Shown: positions 51,444-60,966 of the stretch, piece after piece
Layout: every line of letters starts with the position of its first letter
How positions within the stretch are numbered: position 1 is the stretch's first letter
DNA from: Sedimentisphaerales bacterium
GTDB taxonomy: Bacteria > Planctomycetota > Phycisphaerae > Sedimentisphaerales > Anaerobacaceae
Length of the DNA stretch: 64,000 nt
Assembly (NCBI GenBank): GCA_040772485.1
Contig: JAXGYC010000007.1
Coordinates: forward strand, 1 to 64,000
Reading direction: 5' to 3'
Made by a program: the position numbers and the translations under genes
Notes under the pieces: model-generated
The model's input: only the letters and a program-made list of their open reading frames with translations
What the model was told of the DNA's origin: nothing
The model's database searches: none

Positions 51444-52910
51444 CTACAGCGCGGCCCCTTTCTTCGTGAAGTTCTTGTACTGAAAGAGCATGGTGAACTT
51501 GATCTTCTTGGTCTTGCTGTCCGTCGAGGTGCTCGTGATGTCCACGTCGCTGATACTCTTGCATCCGAGCAGGTTCGCCTGGAATTTCCACATCTGTTCG
51601 GCGTTGTCGGCCTGCCCGGTGATCGTGACGGCCTGACCCTTCTTGAAGTGGAAGCTCTCGAGGATCACGCCGTCGCTGGACCCCGTATGGAGGTCCGTGA
51701 GCAGGCCGAGCAGATCGGGACGATGCTGGGCAACGCTCTTCAGGAGGGTCTGACGCTCACTGGCTTGCTTGAACTCCGGCCGGCCCACCAGCGCCGTCAA
51801 CCGCTTCTCGCTGGCGACATCGACCGCGTAGGATACGGCTATGGCGACCGCCAGGACGATGAGGGCGACAACAGCCGCCAGGGTCGTCGAGTACCACGCG
51901 GACCTGGCCTTCTGCTCCCGCTCGGCCTTGCGAACGGGCGCGTAGAGATCCAGACCCGTCGCCGGCCCGTCCAGCGCCATCAGGCCCAGCCCCAGAGGCT
52001 CGCGGTACGCATACAGGTCCACCGGAGTCAGCCCCAGGGCCATCCCCAGCGTCTGCAGTCGCGGCGTGCTGGTCTTGACCGGCACGCCGGCGGCGCCGAG
52101 GGCCTCGACAATGCGGCCGATTTCCTCGCTGCCGTCGGACAGGGCGAGCACGGGCCAGGGCGCCGACTCGATCCACCCGAACGAGATCAGTACGGTGTGC
52201 AGGTCCTGCGCGAAGCGTTCGATGACCTCAACCGGATGGGAAAGCGGCTCGTTGGCGGCGCCGGCCGCAGATAGATCGGCCAGGCCGGTGTCCAGCACGG
52301 CGCTGTTGGCGACCGTTCCGTCGACGGCCAGACAGACCTGTGTGTGCTGGACGCCGATGCTGACGATGACGGCCTGTCGCTGGCGCTCTCCGAACAGCTC
52401 GTGCCAGGTTCGGGCCGTTCCTTCACATGCCGGAACGATGGTTTCTGGCGCGAACGAACGCACCTCGCCGACGAATTGATGCAGGAAATCGCGCCGGGCC
52501 GCCGCAATCGTGACGTCGGCCGTCCCGTTGGTCGAGGGCATCGTCCGCCAGGCGACCTCAATCTGAGAAGCCGGCAAAGGCAGCAGCGATTCCGCCTGCA
52601 TCCGGACGATGGCCGCGGTCTCTTCGCGTCCCACGCTCGGCGCCGCGATGCGATAGAAAGCCACCGCTGTGGCGTCGAGGCCGATGACCGAGATCGCGCC
52701 GCCGGGCAGTTCTCTCCGCTGCGCCTTCGATCCTGTCTCCAGGCCGCAGCGAGCGGCGAACGTCTCCCAGCTTCCCTCCACGACCGGCATGGATTTGGCC
52801 CACAAGACCTCCACGCCGTCGTTGCGTTTGCGCAGAGCGACCGCCTTGAATGCGGTCGCGTCTCTCACCGCCGCGATCACCGAATGAGGTGTCTTCACGC
52901 TCCTGCTCAT
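51444..52910 (-). CDS. GspL-like (PilM-PilN type) protein
   Basis: Cytoplasmic actin-like region, one TM, PilN-like periplasmic domain. Confidence 0.7.
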   Translation of the reverse strand: MSRSVKTPHSVIAAVRDATAFKAVALRKRNDGVEVLWAKSMPVVEGSWETFAARCGLETGSKAQRRELPGGAISVIGLDATAVAFYRIAAPSVGREETAAIVRMQAESLLPLPASQIEVAWRTMPSTNGTADVTIAAARRDFLHQFVGEVRSFAPETIVPACEGTARTWHELFGERQRQAVIVSIGVQHTQVCLAVDGTVANSAVLDTGLADLSAAGAANEPLSHPVEVIERFAQDLHTVLISFGWIESAPWPVLALSDGSEEIGRIVEALGAAGVPVKTSTPRLQTLGMALGLTPVDLYAYREPLGLGLMALDGPATGLDLYAPVRKAEREQKARSAWYSTTLAAVVALIVLAVAIAVSYAVDVASEKRLTALVGRPEFKQASERQTLLKSVAQHRPDLLGLLTDLHTGSSDGVILESFHFKKGQAVTITGQADNAEQMWKFQANLLGCKSISDVDITSTSTDSKTKKIKFTMLFQYKNFTKKGAAL

Positions 52911-54202
52911 CAATAGTTGGCTCCCTGGTACCAGTAAAGGACCTTGCACGGCGTCTCGCTGCGGTCCAGCACGCACTCGCTCTGCATCATGGCGCCGCTG
53001 ATATCGGCGGTGGCGTAGCAGCGCACGGTGAACACGTTCGAGCGCACGGTCAAGAGCCCCGCGATGCTCTTGAATTTCTCGATGCTCATCCCCTGGACCT
53101 TGAGCAGATCGGCGATGCTCTGGAATCCATACAGACGTCCCGACCGCTCGGCGACGATGCTCTCGGCCAGCGGCTCGGCCTGGTCGCCGCCGCCCAGCAG
53201 AGCGACGAGGACCTCTTTCGGAGCGGTGTTGACGTTGACCGTGCCCTGCAAGGTCGTCTCGCCGGAAGTGGTGATCTTGTCGGCGATGCTGCTGAAGGTC
53301 TGGAGATCGATGGGGTCGGCGCGGTTTTCGTCGCCGCCGGACTCTTTCGACGGCTCCTTCGGGCTGTTATCGGCGATCAGGCCGGCGATGTTCTGATAGC
53401 CGCTGCCGCGATTCTGCACGATCCAGCGCGCCTGAGGGGCGGTCAGTCCAAGCTGGTTCTGCAACTGGCCTTCGTCCGCCTGGTTGATGTTGACCCGGTT
53501 CTGGCCTTCGGCATCGACGTTCTTCTCATACGAGTAGCAGGTCAGGTAGGCGATCCAACCCTCGTCGAGGTACCCGTCGCCATTGTCCATCGGCGGGCTC
53601 AGCTCGCCGTCGGCCTCGGTGTAGTCAAGCTGCCCGTTGAGGTTGAGGTCCTCGCCGTACAGCAGATCCTTGGTCACGCCTCTGGCCTGCAGCAGCTCGC
53701 GAATCGTCTTGACCGGCCCGTTGCGAATCTTGTACGGAAACGGCAGATTCTGATAGTAGCCGCCTTCGGCGCCGTCCGACCGCGGGTTTTCGTCGTCGTC
53801 CCGCCAGTCGAGGATCGCGTCGGCAACCTGCGTTTCCATGTACGGCAGCGCCATCAACTGCTCTCTCGTGATCGTGTTGACGTTGAGTTTGCCCGCCTCG
53901 TCGGTGACATAGACGCTGTAAATGCACCGCTCCAGCGGGACATCGTTGTAGTCTTCGTCGTTGTCGCACCACAGATCGAGCAGACAGTCCGTCGCTCGAA
54001 GGTCCTCGTTGAGCAGGCCGATGGCGGTCTCCGTCCCGGCGCGGCAGGCCCACTTGCAGCGCACCTCGTCCACCACGGCGGTCGCCATCTTCATGTCCAG
54101 CCGGCTGGTCTGGCTGACGATGGCGATCAGCGCCGTCATCAGGATGACGATCCAAAGCACGATCACCAAAGCCAGTCCCTTGTTGTTTCGATTCAAACGC
54201 AT
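52910..54202 (-). CDS. gspK: Minor pseudopilin GspK
   Basis: G|LALVIVLW prepilin without Glu5; DEAGKLNVN, ADAILDWRDDD, HhH repeats. Confidence 0.9.
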   Translation of the reverse strand: MRLNRNNKGLALVIVLWIVILMTALIAIVSQTSRLDMKMATAVVDEVRCKWACRAGTETAIGLLNEDLRATDCLLDLWCDNDEDYNDVPLERCIYSVYVTDEAGKLNVNTITREQLMALPYMETQVADAILDWRDDDENPRSDGAEGGYYQNLPFPYKIRNGPVKTIRELLQARGVTKDLLYGEDLNLNGQLDYTEADGELSPPMDNGDGYLDEGWIAYLTCYSYEKNVDAEGQNRVNINQADEGQLQNQLGLTAPQARWIVQNRGSGYQNIAGLIADNSPKEPSKESGGDENRADPIDLQTFSSIADKITTSGETTLQGTVNVNTAPKEVLVALLGGGDQAEPLAESIVAERSGRLYGFQSIADLLKVQGMSIEKFKSIAGLLTVRSNVFTVRCYATADISGAMMQSECVLDRSETPCKVLYWYQGANY

Positions 54203-54222
54203 CTATGAATCCACCTGCTTGC

Positions 54223-54975
54223 TCATCGCGGTGCCGCTGTCGGGCCTTCGCCCTGTGGCGGCTGGTTCTGCCCGCCCGGCCGGCCGTTCTCGGCCGCCGA
54301 CGCCGCATCCGTCGCCGTCGCCAGCCTGGGGAAGTTCACCAGAAAGGTCTCGATGAGCGGATTGCCCTGCCCCTGCGGCGGCAGCATCACCAGAGTGACC
54401 TCGATCAACTGAGGCAATGACCTCATCTCCTCGGGCCAGTCGGTTGTCCATTGCCGGCCGTCAAAGAAACGGATCTGAAACACATCGATATTCTGCGCCA
54501 GCGAGACGAGAATCCCGCCGGGCGGCCGATCCTCGTCCGGATTCGGCCACAAACGCCGGTACAAGGTCGATGAGCCGAGCTGATCCTGCGAAGCGGCCTC
54601 GATGCCGGCGCCTCTGCCCAGGAAGTACTCGACCTCATACACGTCGCCCTCCGGCTGACCGTGCCGGGCATTCGTCCGGCCGGTCGCGTAAAACCGCAAA
54701 AACGCCATGGCGCTGTCGGCGCTCTGCGAGGTGCCCACCAGCCGCATGGCCCGCACCTCCTGGTCGCGATAGACATTGGCCAGGTCGCGAGCCAGCATCC
54801 GGGCGGCAAATCGCACCTCCGTCACCGTCTCGCTGTGGCGCGTCACCGTCTGAGCGCTGTCCGAGACCGTCTTCAGCGCGCCCACCGCCACCACCGCGAT
54901 GAACGTGGTGATCGTCGAGGCGACCAGAATCTCCGCCAGTGTGAACCCTTTGTTTCGAACCGTTGCCACTGTCAC
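54223..54975 (-). CDS. gspJ: Minor pseudopilin GspJ-like
   Basis: KG|FTLAEIL; W...W....LPQLIEVTL C-terminal motif. Confidence 0.82.
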   Translation of the reverse strand: MTVATVRNKGFTLAEILVASTITTFIAVVAVGALKTVSDSAQTVTRHSETVTEVRFAARMLARDLANVYRDQEVRAMRLVGTSQSADSAMAFLRFYATGRTNARHGQPEGDVYEVEYFLGRGAGIEAASQDQLGSSTLYRRLWPNPDEDRPPGGILVSLAQNIDVFQIRFFDGRQWTTDWPEEMRSLPQLIEVTLVMLPPQGQGNPLIETFLVNFPRLATATDAASAAENGRPGGQNQPPQGEGPTAAPR

Positions 54976-55391
54976 CGCTCCTGCACCGCCGAGGCCGCTG
55001 CCGTGCTGGCGCCGTTGAGCATCGTCTGCGCGACGAGCTGACGCGGGCGATTCCGTTCCAGCCAGCGTACGGTGATGGTCACCAGATACAGATTGTCGAT
55101 CCCCTGGTATTGCGTGCTCACCGCCCAGCTATACCCCGGTTCCAATTCTTCAATCACGCCTTCGCTCTGTCCCAGTTCGATGAACTGATCGATCCCCACC
55201 GAGTCGATCAGCGTCAATTGCTTGTCGATCACCGAGGCGGCCACCTCATAGTGGCGGTTCAAACGCGTGTCCGTCAGAGCGCCCGAACTGATCGCGCCGA
55301 CCGCGAGCACGGCGCCGGACAGGATCACGCTGGCCACCATCGTCTCGACCAGATTGAACCCCGACCGAATTGGCTGCGCTGTTCGGGTCAC
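54972..55391 (-). CDS. gspI: Minor pseudopilin GspI-like
   Basis: SG|FNLVETMV; GTG start overlapping the upstream stop. Confidence 0.78.
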   Translation of the reverse strand: MTRTAQPIRSGFNLVETMVASVILSGAVLAVGAISSGALTDTRLNRHYEVAASVIDKQLTLIDSVGIDQFIELGQSEGVIEELEPGYSWAVSTQYQGIDNLYLVTITVRWLERNRPRQLVAQTMLNGASTAAASAVQER

Positions 55392-55999
55392 GGTTCCTCC
55401 AAATCCACGACCGCCATGCTCATCGGGGCCGCTTCGCCCGCCTGCAGCGTGGCCTTGCCCGTCGCCGCCATGACGGCAATCGTATAATGGGTCTTGCCGT
55501 CGCCGATCTGAATCACCGCCGTTTCCGCCGAGCCGTTCGGCAGAAACACGATGCGCTGCTCGGCGTCGACGTCCGAGACCTGCTCGGCGGCCAACGTCAG
55601 GATTTTGACGTCCTCGAATCGGACGTCGCCGGTGAATTCCACCGGCTTGACGTAGTAATCCCTGACGGCCACCGACTCCCCGGCGGCCGTCTGCTGGTTC
55701 CACTGGGTCGTCGTCACGGCGAAGCCCTTGTTCTCTCCATCGAGACGCAGCTCGTACGGCCGGCCGTGCTCGATCGCCATGATCCGCGCATACTTGGCCG
55801 ACAGCAGGAACTGGCGGGCCGCCCGCTCGACGAGCAGCTTCTTGTACGTGCCCGCATACATCCCGCCGCCCAGACCGCCGACAACACTGATCACCGCGAT
55901 GACCAGCAGCAGTTCGGTGAGCGTAAAGGCCCCGCGTGCGCCGGTCTTTCGGACGGTGCGTCTGTCTGAGACCGTTGGATGTATCCTGTTGCGGCTCAT
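55388..55999 (-). CDS. gspH: Minor pseudopilin GspH-like
   Basis: GA|FTLTELLLV; IVFLPNGS motif. Confidence 0.8.
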   Translation of the reverse strand: MSRNRIHPTVSDRRTVRKTGARGAFTLTELLLVIAVISVVGGLGGGMYAGTYKKLLVERAARQFLLSAKYARIMAIEHGRPYELRLDGENKGFAVTTTQWNQQTAAGESVAVRDYYVKPVEFTGDVRFEDVKILTLAAEQVSDVDAEQRIVFLPNGSAETAVIQIGDGKTHYTIAVMAATGKATLQAGEAAPMSMAVVDLEEP

Positions 56000-56427
56000 A
56001 GGTTCGCGATGTCGGCGTTCTCGCCCTCGCCCCCCTCCTGGCCGTCGGCCCCGAGGCTGACCAGGTCGAAGCTGCCGGGGTTGTACTGGCCCTCAGAGAT
56101 ATAGATGTACATGTTGCCCCAGGGGTCGAGGAGCTGGCTCTGCTTGAGGTAGGGGCCGTTCCATTTCTCTTCCAGCTCCGGCGGCGCCACCAGGAGGGCT
56201 TCGAGCCCCCCTTCCGACTCGTCGGGAAACCGGCCGCAGTCGTACTGGAAGCGCGCCAGCGAGTCCTCGATGAGGGTCATCTTCGCGCGGGCGATCTCCG
56301 CCTTGGCCTTGCCGAGCCCTTTGAACATGCGCGGGGCCAGGAAAGCGGCCAGCATCGAGATGATCAGAACCACCACGAGCAGCTCCACCAGCGTGAACCC
56401 TCTTCGCCTTCGTCTTCTTTGCCTCAT
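55996..56427 (-). CDS. gspG: Major pseudopilin GspG
   Basis: RG|FTLVELLVV, WNGPYL, DPWGN, SLGADGQEGG; AGGAGGT RBS. Confidence 0.95.
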   Translation of the reverse strand: MRQRRRRRRGFTLVELLVVVLIISMLAAFLAPRMFKGLGKAKAEIARAKMTLIEDSLARFQYDCGRFPDESEGGLEALLVAPPELEEKWNGPYLKQSQLLDPWGNMYIYISEGQYNPGSFDLVSLGADGQEGGEGENADIANL

Positions 56428-56440
56428 GCCGTTACCTCCT

Positions 56441-56467
56441 GTAGGGGCGAAACATCCTTCGCCCCTG
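56441..56467 (+). repeat. REP-like GTAG palindrome
   Basis: GTAG-GGGCGAA-acatcc-TTCGCCCCT, intergenic between gspF and gspG; single copy in window. Confidence 0.5.
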
Positions 56468-56501
56468 TGCCACACCGAACCCGTTCCCAATTTGCGGCGG
56501 A

Positions 56502-57764
56502 CTATACCGCTCCGGCCCCAAGCGACATCATCACGATCGGCAGCAGGGCCGCCGCAATGATGAAGCCGATCACCAGCGCCAGAATCAGAATCAGCAACGC
56601 CGGGAAAATCGCCATGAAACGGCTGATGGCCGCGTCGGCATCCGTATCGAACGTCTCAGCCGCATTGAGCAGCAGCTCATCCAGCTTGCCCGTCTGCTCG
56701 CCGATCGCGACGATCTGCACCAGCAACGGGGGAAAACACCCCGACGCCTCCAGCGGCTCGGCCAGTGATTCGCCGCGCTTGACCTTCTCGGCGACCTCAT
56801 CGATCTGCCGAGCCAGTTGCTCGTTGCCCAGCGTGTCGCGGACGACCGCCAGCGCGTCGAGAATGGTGACGCCTCCCTGCGTCAAAGCGCCCAGCGTACG
56901 CGCGAAGCGTCCGACCGCAATGGTCCGCAGGACCGAGCCCAGCACCGGCAGCCGCAGCTTGAACGCGTCCCATTCGAGCCGACCAACCGTTTTGGTCCAT
57001 CGTCGCAAAGCGTACAGCGCGGCGATCGTAACGACGATCGCCAGCCACCCGCCCACGCTGGTGAACAGGACCCGCGAAAACGCGCTGACTCCCAGCAGAA
57101 CGCGGGTGGGCATGGGCATCGCCGCGGCGCCGGCGCTGACGTTTTCGAGGATCTTCGGCAGAATCCACGCGACGATCACCACCGCCGAGGCCAGGCCGAT
57201 GCTCAGGACGAACAGCGGATAGGCCGAGGCGTTCTTCATGTTCGTCTTGACCTTCTCCTCCCGCGCCAGGATGCCCGCCAACTGCGTGCTGGTCTGCTCG
57301 AGGATGCCGCCGGTCTCGCCCACGCGGATCATGGACAGGTACAGCGGACTGAACACGTTCGGGTGCTCGCCCATCGCCTCCGAGAGCGACTGGCCCGCGT
57401 TGACGGACTTGACGAGGTGGTCGAACAGGCGCTTCATCACACTCTTGCGCTGCTGTTTGTGGAGCAGCTCCAGGCAGTTCAGAAGGGGCAGTCCCGCCCG
57501 GATGGCTGTGCTCAGTTGCGTCGTCATGGCCAGAACGTCCTTGCTCGCAATCCGGCCGGCGCCCAGACGCGGGACCGCCAGCCAAGCCGATGCACCGCTC
57601 TCGTCGCCGGCCCCTTGGGCCCGATGGCTCCGCTCGATCAGCTCGGTGACGAACTGCCCGCGCTCGGCCAGCGCCGCGACGGCGCTGCGGCGATCCGCCG
57701 CCTCCACGGAGCCGGCAACGTGCGTCCCGCCCCGATCCACCGCCTTGTAGGAAAACAGCCCCAA
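56502..57764 (-). CDS. gspF: Type II secretion platform protein GspF/PilC
   Basis: AGLPLL, GETGGIL, YP, GEQTGKLD. Confidence 0.93.
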   Translation of the reverse strand: MGLFSYKAVDRGGTHVAGSVEAADRRSAVAALAERGQFVTELIERSHRAQGAGDESGASAWLAVPRLGAGRIASKDVLAMTTQLSTAIRAGLPLLNCLELLHKQQRKSVMKRLFDHLVKSVNAGQSLSEAMGEHPNVFSPLYLSMIRVGETGGILEQTSTQLAGILAREEKVKTNMKNASAYPLFVLSIGLASAVVIVAWILPKILENVSAGAAAMPMPTRVLLGVSAFSRVLFTSVGGWLAIVVTIAALYALRRWTKTVGRLEWDAFKLRLPVLGSVLRTIAVGRFARTLGALTQGGVTILDALAVVRDTLGNEQLARQIDEVAEKVKRGESLAEPLEASGCFPPLLVQIVAIGEQTGKLDELLLNAAETFDTDADAAISRFMAIFPALLILILALVIGFIIAAALLPIVMMSLGAGAV

Positions 57765-57831
57765 AGCTCACTCCTGAAGCTATCGGCACGCCGGCGCGGC
57801 AGAGAAACCCGGCCGCGGCGGCCCGTGTTTC

Positions 57832-59553
57832 TCAGTCATCCTCGGTGATGCTCTTGGCGACGCGGAAGACCTCCTCCGGCGTGGTCAAGCCCTGCATCAC
57901 CTTGCCGATCCCATCGTGGACCATGCTGATGTGGTCGGCGGGGGCCTCGCGGGCAATCTGTTCCGTGGTCGGCCGGGTCGCGATCAGCTCTCGCAGCCGG
58001 TTGGTGATCCGCAGCAGCTCAAAAATGCCGATTCGTCCGCTCATCCCGGTCTGACTGCACTCTTCGCAGCCGGCGCCATGGTAGAACTGCACCGGCGGCT
58101 CGGCCTGCGCCGAAATGCCAAGGTTCTTCAGGAGGTTCTCGTCGGGGTGATAGGGCTCTTTGCACTTCGGGCAGACCTCACGCACCAGACGCTGGGCAAG
58201 GATGCCTTCCAGCGAGCTGGCCAGCAGGAACGGCTCGACTCCCATGTCGATCAGCCGCGTCACCGCGCCGGGCGCATCGTTGGTGTGCAGCGTCGAGAAC
58301 ACCAGGTGCCCCGTCAGGGCCGCCCGGATCGCGATGTCCGCCGTTTCCCGGTCGCGGATTTCGCCCACCATGATGATATCCGGATCGTGCCGAAGGATGT
58401 GCCGCAGGCCCGTGGCGAAGGTCAGCCCTCGCTTGACGTTGACGGGCATCTGGTTGATCCCGTCCAACTGATACTCGACCGGGTCCTCGATGGTGATCAT
58501 CTTGACGCCCGGCGAGTAGATCTTGTTCAGGGCCGCATAGAGCGTCGTCGTCTTGCCCGACCCCGTCGGCCCGGTCACCAGAACGATTCCATGGGTCTTC
58601 TTCAGGCACTTGGCAAACCCGTTGAGAGTCTGGGGGTTCATACCCAGGTCACACAGATCGATCAGCGATGCGGTCCGGTCCAGCAGACGCAATTCGACCG
58701 CTTCGCCGAACACCGTCGGCACGGTCGAGACGCGGATGTCGATCTTGCCGGTGTTGCCCATGAACTCGATATGTCCATCCTGAGGGATGAACCGCTCGGC
58801 GATGTTCATATCGCCCATGATCTTGATGCGCGAGACGATGGCCGCGTGAAGCCGCTTGGAGGACGGCGTCTTCTCCACAAGGATGCCGTCGATACGGTAT
58901 TTGATCTTGACCTCGTGCTCGAACGGCTCGATGTGAATGTCGCTGGCCCGGGCCTCGATGGCCTCGAGAATGATCAGATTGACCAGGTTGACCAGAGACG
59001 GCTCGCGCGCCAGTTCATGGAGCTTGGCTGGAGAGAAGTCGCCGCTGCCGCCCTCTTGTTCGCTTCGATGCTCCGCCGGCGCCAGATCGTCGAGCATCCT
59101 GGCGACATTGCTGCCGTAGAACCTCAGCACGGCGTGCTCGAGCTGAACCGGTTCGGCGTAGTACCGCTGCACCAGGCAGCCCGTGACCAGGCGAAGGTCC
59201 TCCATCGCCTGGGGCTGAAACGGGTCCACCATGGCCACCGCCAGGCGGCCGTTCTGTCGCCACAAGGGGAGAATATTGTACTTGCTGACCAGCTCGGCCG
59301 GCACCAGACTGATGACCTCGCTGCCGATCGAGACCTCCGACAGATCGATCTTCTCGATGCCCACCTGGACCGCCAGCGCCTCGTTGAGCTGGGCCTGTGT
59401 GATGTAGCCCAATTCGAGAAGGATCTGGCCGAGGCGGCGGTGCGTGACCTTCTGTTCGGCCAGAGCCACTCCCAGGCCGGCCTCATCAAGGTACGCCTTC
59501 TCGCACAGCAGTTCGCCGATCCGCTTTCTTTTGACCCTGTTGCCTGAATCCAT
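57832..59553 (-). CDS. gspE: Type II secretion ATPase GspE/PilB with MshEN domain
   Basis: ASDIHIEP, GPTGSGKTTTL, TIEDPVE, DPDIIMVGEIRD, TGHLVFSTLH, Cys4 zinc motif. Confidence 0.95.
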   Translation of the reverse strand: MDSGNRVKRKRIGELLCEKAYLDEAGLGVALAEQKVTHRRLGQILLELGYITQAQLNEALAVQVGIEKIDLSEVSIGSEVISLVPAELVSKYNILPLWRQNGRLAVAMVDPFQPQAMEDLRLVTGCLVQRYYAEPVQLEHAVLRFYGSNVARMLDDLAPAEHRSEQEGGSGDFSPAKLHELAREPSLVNLVNLIILEAIEARASDIHIEPFEHEVKIKYRIDGILVEKTPSSKRLHAAIVSRIKIMGDMNIAERFIPQDGHIEFMGNTGKIDIRVSTVPTVFGEAVELRLLDRTASLIDLCDLGMNPQTLNGFAKCLKKTHGIVLVTGPTGSGKTTTLYAALNKIYSPGVKMITIEDPVEYQLDGINQMPVNVKRGLTFATGLRHILRHDPDIIMVGEIRDRETADIAIRAALTGHLVFSTLHTNDAPGAVTRLIDMGVEPFLLASSLEGILAQRLVREVCPKCKEPYHPDENLLKNLGISAQAEPPVQFYHGAGCEECSQTGMSGRIGIFELLRITNRLRELIATRPTTEQIAREAPADHISMVHDGIGKVMQGLTTPEEVFRVAKSITEDD

Positions 59554-59848
59554 CCGTATCTCACGACCCTGTTCTGACTGTGGAAACTCCCCGGTAGAGA
59601 GCTTAATCCCAATCACGGCTCACGTCAAGGGTGTGACCGCCATACCCCTGATGCCCCGTCGGCCTGGCCCCTCGCCTGATCCGGCGAGCGTCACGCGCAC
59701 GGTCCACGTGCCCCCCGCCCTGCTCACCTCTATCAGACGTACGCGGCCCGCTTTTTGTTACAGAAAAATGGCTTTTCAGGAGTTTCTTCGGGGTCGTCCG
59801 GGCCGGCCCCCCTGAGGCCGGATTGTCCGGGCGGATGAAAAAAATGAT

Positions 59849-59877
59849 TTGACAGTCGCCCGATCACCCATAACAAT
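59849..59877 (+). promoter_or_regulatory. Putative sigma70 promoter
   Basis: A-tract, TTGACA, then TAACAAT at 16-17 nt spacing; the -10 is imperfect. Confidence 0.4.
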
Positions 59878-60306
59878 CCAGCACAAAGCAGGTGTCGCCC
59901 AGGCGACGCCGGCGGATTTCTCCAGGAATCCGCGGGGCCTCTACGTCTGAGGACCGCGCGGTTTGTACCCGGAACGCTCGTTTGGCTTGTCATCATATGT
60001 TTATTGTGTCCATGAAGAGCTGACGTGGTGGAAGGACGCCGATGGCCGCCGAGGATTGCGGCGGGTCGGCGGACTGTGAACGTACGGGTATTTCGCTGGA
60101 GGACGAGCAAGGATGCTGACATCCAGGCAAAGGGCAGGCGGCGGCCGATCGCATGTCTGCCCGTCTTGGGGGCTGGTCCGGACAATTGCCTTGACCGTGA
60201 TTTCCCGCGACCGCGCAGGGGGGAAAATCATGCTGCCGGGGAGCGAAGGCAAGGTCGCCTTCGACTGTCGCAAGCTCCTTGCCCACATCCACAAGGAGGT
60301 AGCCCT

Positions 60307-60789
60307 ATGAGGCTGGAGAAAAGAAGACCATCGGGGCGGGAGAAAGATGAAGAGGCGCTGAAGCTTCTGGCCAAGCTGCGGGAGCAGTTGTACAGCTCGA
60401 ACATCTCGATCGTCCGCCAGAGCGCGTTCAACCTGTCCTGGATGCAGGAGGATGGGCTGGACATCCTGACGGAGGCCCTGTTCGGCAGTTCTCCGCGACG
60501 GACGAAAGGAGCGGCCGCCTACGGTCTGCGGAAGATGCGTGGCCGCATGCGCAAGCAGGCCGAGGAGACGCTGATTGAAGGACTCAAGCACCCCGACAGC
60601 AAGACCGCCGAGATCTGCGGCAACGCCCTGATCGTGCTCAAACGGGGCAAACGCACCGGCAAGCCGGGACGTCCCGCCAAGGCCCGAAACCCGAAATTCC
60701 AGATACGCGAAATCCCGAATAAGGGCCGGCAGAAGCGAGCCGGCTCGCCGGCCAGAAGACCGGACGACCGCCCTTCTCGGCGGCGATGA
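60307..60789 (+). CDS. Highly basic hypothetical protein, HEAT-like helical core with Arg/Lys-rich tail
   Basis: AAGGAGGT RBS; 160 aa, about one quarter K+R. Confidence 0.8.
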   Translation: MRLEKRRPSGREKDEEALKLLAKLREQLYSSNISIVRQSAFNLSWMQEDGLDILTEALFGSSPRRTKGAAAYGLRKMRGRMRKQAEETLIEGLKHPDSKTAEICGNALIVLKRGKRTGKPGRPAKARNPKFQIREIPNKGRQKRAGSPARRPDDRPSRRR

Positions 60790-60931
60790 GGGCCTGGCTC
60801 GCGGCCGAACGTCGGGCTTCGCGGCCATGGCGTCCCCACTCTATCCCCTGTTCCCGCTTCGATTGGCGACAGGGTCCATCCGCATCGCCTCGGCGACGAA
60901 ATCAAAGGTGCGATTTTTGCCCGGTTTTCGC

Positions 60932-60960
60932 TTGACAAATGGGCGGACCGATGGTATAGA
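60932..60960 (+). promoter_or_regulatory. Strong sigma70 promoter with extended -10
   Basis: TTGACA-17 nt-TATAGA with TG before the -10; T-tracts upstream. Confidence 0.75.
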
Positions 60961-60966
60961 CACGCG

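Noticed and set aside
499..59547. Long antisense ORFs (e.g. 499-2253, 18499-21081, 28574-31372, 48008-50731)
   Set aside because: Shadow frames opposite well-supported genes, expected from high-GC codon bias
59554..59800. c-di-GMP riboswitch upstream of gspE
   Set aside because: No GGCAAA...GAAA...GACGCAAAG class I signature found on the minus strand
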